DNA from: Chloroflexota bacterium
GTDB lineage: Bacteria; Chloroflexota; Dehalococcoidia; SM23-28-2; RBG-16-64-32
Direction of reading: 5' to 3'
Length of the DNA: 34,009 nucleotides
Assembly (NCBI GenBank): GCA_005880055.1
Contig: VBJS01000053.1
Location: forward strand, 1 to 34,009
Shown: positions 1-9,000 of the stretch, one piece after another
Layout of the letters: each line of letters begins with the position of its first letter
How positions within the stretch are numbered: the stretch's first letter is position 1
Translations under genes and position numbers: made by a program
Notes under the pieces: generated by a model
Database searches by the model: none
What the model was told of the DNA's origin: nothing
What the model saw: the letters and a program-made list of their open reading frames with translations, nothing else

Positions 1-1
1 T

Positions 2-1633
2 GGTACCGCGGCCGAGGCGCGGAACGTGATTGGTGGAAACGGAGACAGGGGCCTCGCCTTCGAGGGCACCGGAACGACGGGCAATACGGCTCAGGGGAAC
101 TACATTGGCGTAGGCGCCGACGGCACAACCGCGATTGGCAACGCATACCAGGGTATCTGGTTCGGCAGCGATTACGGCGGCCAAACGGTGGGAGGCACCG
201 CAGCCGGCGCCGGCAACGTTGTCGCCAACAACGGGGCTCAGGGAGTCGGCATCCTCTCGCCGGGCAATTTCCTCCAAGGGAACACCATCCGCAATAACAG
301 CGACGCAGGCGTGTATATCAGCGCGAGTGCAAATACGATCGGCGGAACGGCGAGCGGCGCCGGCAACACGATCACAGGGAACGCCGGTGATGGGGTCTAC
401 GTCGCCAGCGGCATAACGAACAGCATCCGCGGCAACTCCATCTACTCAAACGGCGACCTGGGAATAGACCTGGCGCCGGATGGAGTAGCGGCCAACGATC
501 CACCCTCGGATGCAGACACCGGAGCCAACAACCTCCAGGACTACCCCGTCATCACATCGGTCTCCTACAACGGCGGCACCTCCGTGCTTACCGTTACCGG
601 CACGTTGGACGTCCCGAACCCGGATCAGGCGACTATCGACGTCTACTCCGTGAACGCCGTCGACCCATCTGGGTACGGTGAGGGCAGGGAGTATCTCGGG
701 TCGACAACGCCGGCCGCGACGGCAACCGGGCCTTGGACATTCACTCGCCCGGGCCCACTGCCACTCTACGGCTTCATTTCCGCCACAGCCACAAAGGCCG
801 GCGATACTTCCGAATTCTCGCAGACGTTCAACCCCGACATCGACGGTGATGGGCTGGGTGCCTCCACAGATAACTGCCCGGTGAATTTCAACCACCTGCA
901 AATAGACACGGACGCGGATGGAATCGGAGACGTCTGCGACCCGCAGGTCCGGACTCGGTATTCGGTCACGAATTTCCAGACCGACTACACGATACCGGCC
1001 GGGCAGCCGTTCCCGGCAGACACGCGGACATACCAGCCGTGGGACTATCAGCCGGGGAGTAGCATCCCAATCGGCGCGATTGTCGGAAGCAACGATTACT
1101 CGTACAGCGTGAAGCCGGGTACCGGCGTCTGCGGCATCGGCGTGCGGCCGGGCATCGGTACTTCGCCGGCGCCCATAACGCTTTACAACGCCAGCACAGA
1201 TAACAGCAGCGGGAACCTGGTGAACACCACCGGGCTCCTCACCGACAGCAACTCGAACGGCCTCGTCGACGGCATCGACAAGTACCCGCGCTTCCTGAAT
1301 ACGGTTCTGGACCCGGACCGGCGCACCGGGGTGAACGAAGATGCAGATGGGCAGACAGATGAGGACCCGGCCGACGGAGCAGATAACGATTCTGACGGCA
1401 AGATAGATGAAGACGGCGTCGGCACGCCAGCGGTGCCCCACGCCCGCTACTTTGGTTACTACACGGTCTATGGTACCTGCTTTATCGCGGCGTGGTCATT
1501 GTTAACGACCCCACGCAGTCGCCTGCGGCACCCGGCGGGTTCCCGCTCTGCAATGCCGGGTTCGAGTACCGGTCGATCATCAACGCGACGAGCACGGACA
1601 ATCCGGGGACAGGCGCGAATGAAGGCGGAGTAG
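2..1633 (+). CDS. Surface/secreted repeat protein, fragment 1 of 3 (5' end upstream of window): parallel beta-helix repeats followed by TSP3-type acidic Ca-binding repeats
   Basis: The frame is open from nt 2 (GTAAEARNVIGGN...), so the start lies off-window. It has GGTxxGAGNxIxGN / QGNxIG beta-helix repeats. The module LGIDLAPDGVAANDPPSDADTGANNLQDYP ... DPSGYGEG ... ATATKAGDTSEFS is shared with the 12416-15631 protein. TSP3 motifs are DIDGDGLGASTDNC and DTDADGIGDVCD. Sensible translation ends near 1476 (..ARYFGYYTVYGT); 1477-1633 is an Arg/Ser-rich out-of-frame tail. Confidence 0.8.
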   Translation, partial: GTAAEARNVIGGNGDRGLAFEGTGTTGNTAQGNYIGVGADGTTAIGNAYQGIWFGSDYGGQTVGGTAAGAGNVVANNGAQGVGILSPGNFLQGNTIRNNSDAGVYISASANTIGGTASGAGNTITGNAGDGVYVASGITNSIRGNSIYSNGDLGIDLAPDGVAANDPPSDADTGANNLQDYPVITSVSYNGGTSVLTVTGTLDVPNPDQATIDVYSVNAVDPSGYGEGREYLGSTTPAATATGPWTFTRPGPLPLYGFISATATKAGDTSEFSQTFNPDIDGDGLGASTDNCPVNFNHLQIDTDADGIGDVCDPQVRTRYSVTNFQTDYTIPAGQPFPADTRTYQPWDYQPGSSIPIGAIVGSNDYSYSVKPGTGVCGIGVRPGIGTSPAPITLYNASTDNSSGNLVNTTGLLTDSNSNGLVDGIDKYPRFLNTVLDPDRRTGVNEDADGQTDEDPADGADNDSDGKIDEDGVGTPAVPHARYFGYYTVYGTCFIAAWSLLTTPRSRLRHPAGSRSAMPGSSTGRSSTRRARTIRGQARMKAE

Positions 1634-2466
1634 CGGTGCTGAATACGCCGGTGCCCGGCACGAAAGTGTTCAAACTTCAGGTGGTGAATCCGGCGGATAC
1701 GGACGGGGACGGGATAGACAACGGCGTCGACAACTGCCGGCAGGTGGCAAACGCAGACCAGGCGGACACCGACCTCGACGCCCTGGGCAACGCCTGCGAC
1801 CCAAGCCCCGCTCTGACTACTGCGGATCAGGACGGCGACGGCTTCCTGAACGTGAACGACAACTGCCAGACGACGGCTAACGCAACGCAGGCGCAGAGCG
1901 AGAACCGTACGCCGAAGCCGTTCGGAGTGCCACCGTACACCGATGGCATCGGCGACGCCTGCGACCCGAACCCCACGCAGATAGACGATGCACGGGAACA
2001 GAGTATCCAGACGTTGTCAGACCCGGTCTGCGTGACCGGGACAGGCGTGACGGACGCGGACAGCGATGGTTGGTGCACCGACGGCGTGAATGCGACCGTG
2101 GGGGTTGGCGCCGGCCCGTCTGGAATGGCCGCCAACCGTCGTTCGGACAAGGTTTATATCACAAACGTGGAAGCTGACTCTGTGTCTGTCATCAACGGTG
2201 CTACTAACGCAGTTTCGGCAACCATAGGGGTGGGTGACCAGCCGGCGGGCGTGGACGTCAACGCGATCACTAACCGGGTGTACGTCAGTAACTTCGGCTC
2301 TAACTCACTATCCGTGGTAGACGGCAGCAATGACATGGTCCTCACTACGATCCCGGTGGGGACGGCACCGCGCGGCGTAGCCGTTGATGCAACGACAAAC
2401 CGCATATATGTCGCCAACAGGGACAGTAACAACATCTCCGTGATCAACGGACGGCAACTCCGGTAA
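1492..2466 (+). CDS. Surface repeat protein, fragment 2 of 3: TSP3 repeats plus first three blades of a YVTN beta-propeller
   Basis: VVIVNDPTQSP... continues the module broken at about 1476-1492, and this frame is open upstream of 1492. TSP3 motifs are DTDGDGIDNGVDNC, DTDLDALGNACD, DQDGDGFLNVNDNC and DGIGDACD. Three YVTN-type blades follow (KVYITN, RVYVSN, RIYVAN ... SVIN). It ends in the nonsense tail GRQLR* right after SVIN. Confidence 0.8.
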   Translation: MVIVNDPTQSPAAPGGFPLCNAGFEYRSIINATSTDNPGTGANEGGVAVLNTPVPGTKVFKLQVVNPADTDGDGIDNGVDNCRQVANADQADTDLDALGNACDPSPALTTADQDGDGFLNVNDNCQTTANATQAQSENRTPKPFGVPPYTDGIGDACDPNPTQIDDAREQSIQTLSDPVCVTGTGVTDADSDGWCTDGVNATVGVGAGPSGMAANRRSDKVYITNVEADSVSVINGATNAVSATIGVGDQPAGVDVNAITNRVYVSNFGSNSLSVVDGSNDMVLTTIPVGTAPRGVAVDATTNRIYVANRDSNNISVINGRQLR

Positions 2467-2506
2467 CGGGATCACCCGTATTTCAGTTGGGGGCGCCCCA
2501 TCTGGA

Positions 2507-5500
2507 GTGGCCGTGGATCCTGTGACGCAGCAGGTATACGTCACCAATGAAGGCGACGATTCTGTCTCGGTGCTCAACGCCAATAGTTACGCCGAGATCG
2601 ATACCGACGGCAACGGTGGGAACGGGATCACCCGTATCACCGTCGGGGATCAACCGTTCGGAATCGCGCTGAATGCCTTCCGCAACACCATTTACGTGGC
2701 GAATCGTGTGAGCAACACTGTTTCTGTAATACGCGGCGACACGTACGCCGTGACCAGCGCCCTCACCGGGTTTTCTTCTCCTAGCCGAGTCGCCATCGAC
2801 CCGGGATCGGACCGCGTGTTTGTCTCCAACAACTCGGTCTTCGGTACAGTATCCGTGCTTGATGGCGCAACGGGTGGGATGTCCAGCGTAAGCGTGGGCA
2901 ACACGCCGGTCGGAGTGGCGATCAATGATCTGAGCGGTCGGGCGTTCGTGGCAAACCGTGGCGATAATACCGTCTCTATCATCGCAGAAGGCCGGGACCC
3001 GAACGGGGCCAACGCTGCAATCACCCCGGAGGGCGTGGGAGCGTTCGGTTCGTGCACGGACGGGGTAGACAACGACGGGACGGGCGGAACCGACTTCGCC
3101 GACGGCCACTGCGCCGATGCTGACGGCGACCGCATTCCAGACGCGGCCGACGTCTGCCCGCAGGCGGCGGACCCGCTACAGCTGGACTCCGACGGCGACG
3201 GGCAAGGCGACGCCTGCGAGACGGCGACGATTTCTACACTCAGCGTCGTATCACCTAATTCCTCGGCCAACTCAGAACTGCGCGGCAGGTTGGTGGAGAC
3301 AGCGCCGCACGCGCTGCATCGCCCCCAGGGTATCGTTAACCTGATTGATCCGGACTGGACGATTGCCGGCGGCGGCGCGGTCCCTGATGGCGCAATCAGG
3401 GCCTCGCTATCGGCGGCAATGACAGCGGCGATTGACCCGGTGCCGGTCTGCAATCACGTCTTCCCGGTGAACTTCACCCTGTTGGACGCCAGCATAAATA
3501 CAGCGGACCAGATTGCCCCGGGAACGGGGTTCAGCAACCTGGTTGCGGATGGGAACGCCAATGGTCTGGTGAACGGCGTCGAGCAGTATCCGGCCTTCCT
3601 CACCAGCCTGCCTCTCGCCTCCGCCCGCATCAATAATGATTTTGGCGGCTCGCCCGCTGACTACTCGATCGACGAGGACCCGATCGACGGCATCGACAAT
3701 GACCTGGACGGGCGGATCGACGAGGACCCCTACGACCACGTAACGCCGCTGGCCCGCATGTTTGGGAGCGCCACCTTCCAGGGCGCAACGCATGTGCTGA
3801 ACGTTCTGGTCTATAACAAAGGAACACTTCCTGCCTTTAGCCTATCGGACGGATATCCGGTGCTCCTGGTCTTCGATGACCCAACCGTGGCGAGTTCGAG
3901 CGGGAGTATCACGGCCTTTTGTTCGCCTCAAGATCAGCGGCTGTACCAGTACGGGATCAGCCTGGACAACCCGGCTACAGCCGCAGCAGAGGCTCCCACT
4001 GTGCTACTCACGAATACTTCCGGCGGCGGTACGCAGCTATTTTTCACGCGGGTGACGGCGCTTCCAGATGCTGACGGTGACGGCATTGAGAACCAGTTGG
4101 ACGTTTGCACATTTGAACCGGATAACGACTTTGACGGGATCGCCGATGGTAGTGACGCCTCGCCATGGAACCCGCGCCTGGTCACGCCCCCAGGCGATCC
4201 CGACCGGGACGGCCTTCCCACAGGTTGCGACCGTCCGGAGGGTTATCCGCCGTCGAGCGGGGAGTGCGGGAATGCCACCGATGACGACTTCGACGGGAAA
4301 GTGAACGACGGCTGTCCCGCATCCGGGCCGCCGGAGACCGGGGCGCAATGTGACAACGCGATAACCGACGATGCTGACGGCCTGGTGAACGACGGCTGTC
4401 CCTCGATCGGCGATCCGAACGTCGCCAGTCCTCCAGGCTCCGGGCCTGACCAGGACGGCGACCACGTTTCGAACGACCTGGACAACTGTCCGTACGTGCC
4501 AAACGCGACACAGTTGGACAGCGATCTGGACGGCATTGGCAATGTCTGCGATAGCGATCCGTTGGTGTCGACGGGGTCCACGGGCACGGTCATCACCGGT
4601 ACGCCAGCGTGCCCGCCTCCCACCACTGACCAGGACAGGGACGGTTACTGCAGCGATATTGATCTCAACGACACGAACGACCGGGTGGTACCTGAGGACT
4701 CGCTGTATAATCCGGCGCTCTGCACGGATGGCATCAACAATGATCCGCCGCCGCCGAATGTCACGCCCCCAATGGATCTGCTGACCGATGCCGCTGACCC
4801 GGGGTGCGGGGACGTGGATGGAGACGGCGTTATAACGTCGCTAGACAACTGCCCGCAGACGTTCAACCCGCCGCCGCCCGCCCCGGCGGGAGGCACCCAG
4901 CCTCCGCAGCTTGATGCCGACAACGACGGCCGAACAAGCTCTGATCCGCTGCTCTCTCAGCCCTTCGCGCGCAGCGACGCGGGCCAGCCGACGGGACCGG
5001 CGAGCACCGTTATCGGGGAGCCGTTTGCGCGAAGCGACCGCTTCGGTGGCGACGCCTGCGACCCAGACGACGACAACGACGGGCTACCGGACCCCTACGA
5101 GTGCGACACGCTGGACAACGACAACGACGGCTTCATTAACGATGGCTGCGAGGCGCTGGGGGTCGCAGAATCAGGCGCGCAGTGCTCCAACAGTATCGAC
5201 GATGACATCGACGGGATAGTAAACGATGGGTGCCCAGCAGCGGGGCCAGACGCGGTGGCGCCTGTCGGACCGGACCCAGAGCCGGACTGCCGGACGAACG
5301 CCGATTGTGACGGAGACGGAGTTCCGGACTGGCCCGAGTGGAAATACAGCTCGCTGAACCCCAACAACGGCGGCAGCCAGTGCCTCAACATGCGTTCTAC
5401 GACAACGGCTGAAAAGCAGCAGAACTTAACAGGCAACGTTGACGGAGACAGCTTGTTCAACTATGGAGAGGTAGTGATCGGCACCGACCCGTGCGTGAGC

Positions 5501-5947
5501 AACAACGCGGACGCCACTTTCGGGAGCGACCAGGACGGCGACGGCTACAAATCGGCCATTGAGAAGTATATAGACGATGCCGAAGTCCCGGACGACCACA
5601 TTGTGGGGACGGATCCTCTCGTGCGTTGTGATGTGGGCGCCATACCGGCGCGCTCCGATGCTTGGCCAAGCGATTTCACTTCCGGCGGCGTGCCGCAAAG
5701 CACGGACAGGGTCACGATAACGGACATCACGAGCTTCCTGGTGCCGACCCGGCACCTGAACTCGAGCCCCGGCAGCGAGGGCTACAACCGCCGCTGGGAC
5801 CTGGTACCCGGACCAGTGAGTTCGACCACGCCCTGGATAGCGCTCAACGACTTGACGGCGTTGATTGCGGGAACGAGCGGAACGCCGCCGATGCCGCCCT
5901 TCAACGGCACGACAAGAGCGCTGAACGGGCCGGCCTGCTCGCCATAG
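2507..5947 (+). CDS. Surface repeat protein, fragment 3 of 3: last four YVTN propeller blades, TSP3 repeats, Cys-bracketed acidic repeats, Pro-rich linkers, C-terminal domain
   Basis: The frame is open back to 2444 (STDGNSGNGITRISVGGAPSGVAVDP...), so the GTG at 2507 is probably not a real start. Four blades are present (QVYVTN, TIYVAN, RVFVSN, RAFVAN). There are many DxDxDGxxDxCD motifs. The motif C-x-N-x-x-DDD-x-DG-x-x-NDGC occurs 4 times. No signal peptide is present at this start. Confidence 0.85.
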   Translation: MAVDPVTQQVYVTNEGDDSVSVLNANSYAEIDTDGNGGNGITRITVGDQPFGIALNAFRNTIYVANRVSNTVSVIRGDTYAVTSALTGFSSPSRVAIDPGSDRVFVSNNSVFGTVSVLDGATGGMSSVSVGNTPVGVAINDLSGRAFVANRGDNTVSIIAEGRDPNGANAAITPEGVGAFGSCTDGVDNDGTGGTDFADGHCADADGDRIPDAADVCPQAADPLQLDSDGDGQGDACETATISTLSVVSPNSSANSELRGRLVETAPHALHRPQGIVNLIDPDWTIAGGGAVPDGAIRASLSAAMTAAIDPVPVCNHVFPVNFTLLDASINTADQIAPGTGFSNLVADGNANGLVNGVEQYPAFLTSLPLASARINNDFGGSPADYSIDEDPIDGIDNDLDGRIDEDPYDHVTPLARMFGSATFQGATHVLNVLVYNKGTLPAFSLSDGYPVLLVFDDPTVASSSGSITAFCSPQDQRLYQYGISLDNPATAAAEAPTVLLTNTSGGGTQLFFTRVTALPDADGDGIENQLDVCTFEPDNDFDGIADGSDASPWNPRLVTPPGDPDRDGLPTGCDRPEGYPPSSGECGNATDDDFDGKVNDGCPASGPPETGAQCDNAITDDADGLVNDGCPSIGDPNVASPPGSGPDQDGDHVSNDLDNCPYVPNATQLDSDLDGIGNVCDSDPLVSTGSTGTVITGTPACPPPTTDQDRDGYCSDIDLNDTNDRVVPEDSLYNPALCTDGINNDPPPPNVTPPMDLLTDAADPGCGDVDGDGVITSLDNCPQTFNPPPPAPAGGTQPPQLDADNDGRTSSDPLLSQPFARSDAGQPTGPASTVIGEPFARSDRFGGDACDPDDDNDGLPDPYECDTLDNDNDGFINDGCEALGVAESGAQCSNSIDDDIDGIVNDGCPAAGPDAVAPVGPDPEPDCRTNADCDGDGVPDWPEWKYSSLNPNNGGSQCLNMRSTTTAEKQQNLTGNVDGDSLFNYGEVVIGTDPCVSNNADATFGSDQDGDGYKSAIEKYIDDAEVPDDHIVGTDPLVRCDVGAIPARSDAWPSDFTSGGVPQSTDRVTITDITSFLVPTRHLNSSPGSEGYNRRWDLVPGPVSSTTPWIALNDLTALIAGTSGTPPMPPFNGTTRALNGPACSP

Positions 5948-6014
5948 CCTCCCGTCAAACCGGGTGATAATTCATTCCGGGAGTCGCCTCGGCTATGATG
6001 GGAGAACGGTAACC

Positions 6015-9000
6015 GTGGGGCGCGCCATTATGCAATCGTCTCCTCTCGGAACTCAGGACAGGCTTCGCGCATTCCTGCCTGCGCCGTTGATCCGCAAGTG
6101 GTGCCAGGATGGCGGCCACACGCCCGTCTGGGGATCCTGGCTTACGGGTTCCCTCATGCATTGCGATATCACGGGCTTCACCGCCATGTCCGAGGCGCTG
6201 ACTACCCTAGGTAAAGAAGGGGCCGAGGTCATGGTCGGCATCCTCAACCGCTTCTTTGAGCGCATGCTCGGCATCGCTGAGGGCTGGGGTGGAGCCCAGA
6301 TGAAATTCGGGGGCGACGCTATGCTTTTGTTGTTCGAGGGCGAGCGTCATGCGGAGCGGTCAGCAGTCTGCGCGTTGGAGATGCAACGTGCGATGAGGGA
6401 CTTTCGGTCTGTCGCAGCGGGCGATTCGCGTCACCAGCTGAGGATGAGGATCGGCATCCACGCCGGCCGCTTCTACTCGGCGTCCATTGGCGATCCGCAG
6501 TTAATGCTCCACTACATGCTGAGCGGGGCAGACGTCAACCGGACGGCTGCTGCAGAACCGATAGCCAGCCCCGGCAAAGTGGTTGTTACGGGCGAACTGG
6601 CGCAACTGTTGCCGCGTGGCTCGAGCGTGACGCCGGTAAGCGACGGGCTGTTCCGAATCTCCCGCGTGTCATACAAACGAGCAGTGAAAATACCGAACCA
6701 GGAGAAGCAGGTGGAGCTCCCAGCCGCCCTGGCCGACTACCTGCCGGCGCCTCTCCGTGATGCTCCTTTCGCGACGTCGGCCGCAGGGGAACACCGGCGA
6801 GTGACGGTTATGTTCATCAACGTGCTTGGCCTTGCGCGCCTGCTCGCAGCCGACGACGAGGCAGGCCTGCACGAACTGGATACCTACGTGCGGACGCTGG
6901 TACAGGTCCTGGACCGGTACGGCGGTTTCCTGCTGGGAAGCGACGTCGCCGAGGAGGGTGAGAAGCTGATTGTGCTGTTTGGCGCACCGGTCAGCCGCGA
7001 GCGGCTGGAGGAGGCGGCCGTCTCCTGCGCTGTGGAGTTTGACTGCGCGGCCGTCGCTCGGGGTTTACGGCTGAAGCACCGGATTGGCATCAATTCTGGG
7101 TTCGCGTTTGCGGGAGAGGTGGGATCTATCCGGAGGCGGGAATACACCGTTATCGGCGATGTCGTAAACCTTGCCGCGCGGCTGATGGCCGCTGCTCACC
7201 CGGGCGAGATCATCGTCTCGTCGCAAACTGCCTCGGCAGCGGGCCACGGCTTTGGGTGGCAGCGGATGCGCCCGTTGAAGGTCAAGGGGAAAGCGGCACC
7301 AGTGCGCGCGATGCGCGTGGCTTCTGACCGCCAGCGAGGCGACGATGACGAGCGGGCCGCTCCACTCGTAGGGCGCCGGCGAGAACTAGAGCAACTGGAG
7401 AGGATATCACGCCGAGTGGAGGGCGGGCGGCCGCAGTGGGCGTTCGTCCATGCGGACGCGGGGATGGGCAAGTCGCGCCTCATGAGGGAATTGGCCGGAC
7501 GTCTATCGGAGCGCGGCTGGCTTACTGCGGTTACGGAGTGCCAGGCACACACCTCTCAGGTACCACTGGCCCCATGGGCGGCATTGTTGAAATCGATGCT
7601 CAATGGCAGCGAGCCGGCAACATCCTGGCCGACTTTGGAATCGGCGCTGCGCCGGCTGGGGCGGCCGGACGAAACGGGTGCTGCAATGCTGGCGCCGATT
7701 CTGGGGATAGCCGTACCGGAGCGGCTGGCCGGCCGATTGACGCAAGGCGAGTCGCGGCAGGAGAAGCTCGCCGAGGTCTTAGCCCGCTTGCTGGATATTC
7801 GCGCGGCTGACAGAGCACTCCTGCTGATGATTGACGATGCACACTGGATGGATGCCGCCTCAACGGAGCTGCTTGGCGCGGTCCTCATGCGACTCAGCGC
7901 CCACGTCTTCGTCTGCGTCACATCCCGCAACCCGATGGCGCCGACTGTAACTCGGCGCTTGGCACAACGGCCGGCCTTGACCCTCACCCTGCAGCCGCTG
8001 TCACCCGAGGATGCGCGATTACTCGTCGCCGGAGCGGGCGGGCGCGAAGAACTGGCGCAGGAGATGATTGACCGGGCCCAGGGCAACCCTCTATTCCTCA
8101 GGGAGTTCATCCGTAGCGGCGCCGGCGTGCTGCAAACCGTACCCGAGACGATCAACGACCTGATAATGGCCCGTTTTGACGGCCTCCCTATCAACTTGAA
8201 GTCGGTCTTACGAGTGGCGGCGGTAATCGGACCATCGTTTGAACCTGCCGCGGTGACGAGCTTGCTCGAAGGGCGGACGGATGGCCGCCAAGTGCAAAGA
8301 GCGCTGCGCCTGCTGGCATCGCGCGGATTCACCGAGAGCGCCGGCGAGAAGGCATACCGATTCACCCATGCGCTCCTGCAAGACGTGGTCTACGAAACGC
8401 TGCCCTATGACCAGCGGCGGAGACTTCACCGCGGAGTAATGCATTACCTGGAAACCGGTTTTGAAGGCCGCCTGGATTCCGTATGCGAACTGCTCGTGCA
8501 CCACGCGCAGAAGGCTGGAGAAGGGCCACGTGTCGCCCGCTACTCTGTTATGTCGGGAGACAGAGCGGCGCGGATTTTCGCGAACGAAGCGGCGATCCGA
8601 TACTATGGGCAAGCGCTATACGCGCTTGACAGCTGCCGCGCGGGCGGCCAGGTAGACCGCAGCTTCATTCACGAGCTGATTGGCGACTGCCTGGAGACGC
8701 TGGGCAGACACGGAGAAGCCGCCGAAAGCTACCGCCAAGCGCTTCACGTGTTGCAGCAACGGGGCAGGCCGATACGGGCGCGTTACCTGGGCTGTCGAAC
8801 TATACGCCTCTCTCGGAACGCTAATCTGTGCCGCAAGATCGGAGTCTCGCTGGAACGGGCGTCCCAGTACGAGGAGGCAATTGGTTGGCTGGACAATGCA
8901 CTGGCAGCGTTGCCGGCGCGGAACGCGCGCCTGGGGGCGCAGATTGCCGCCGCAAAGAGCGTTTCATTGTTCCGCAAGGGCATGTACCAGCAGGGGATCG

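Noticed and set aside
1476-2452. Programmed ribosomal frameshifting as the explanation for the two frame changes in the giant gene
   Set aside because: Neither 1476-1492 nor 2441-2452 has an X-XXY-YYZ slippery heptamer, a prfB-like CUU-UGA site, or an obvious downstream stimulatory hairpin. Similar lesions occur in unrelated genes.
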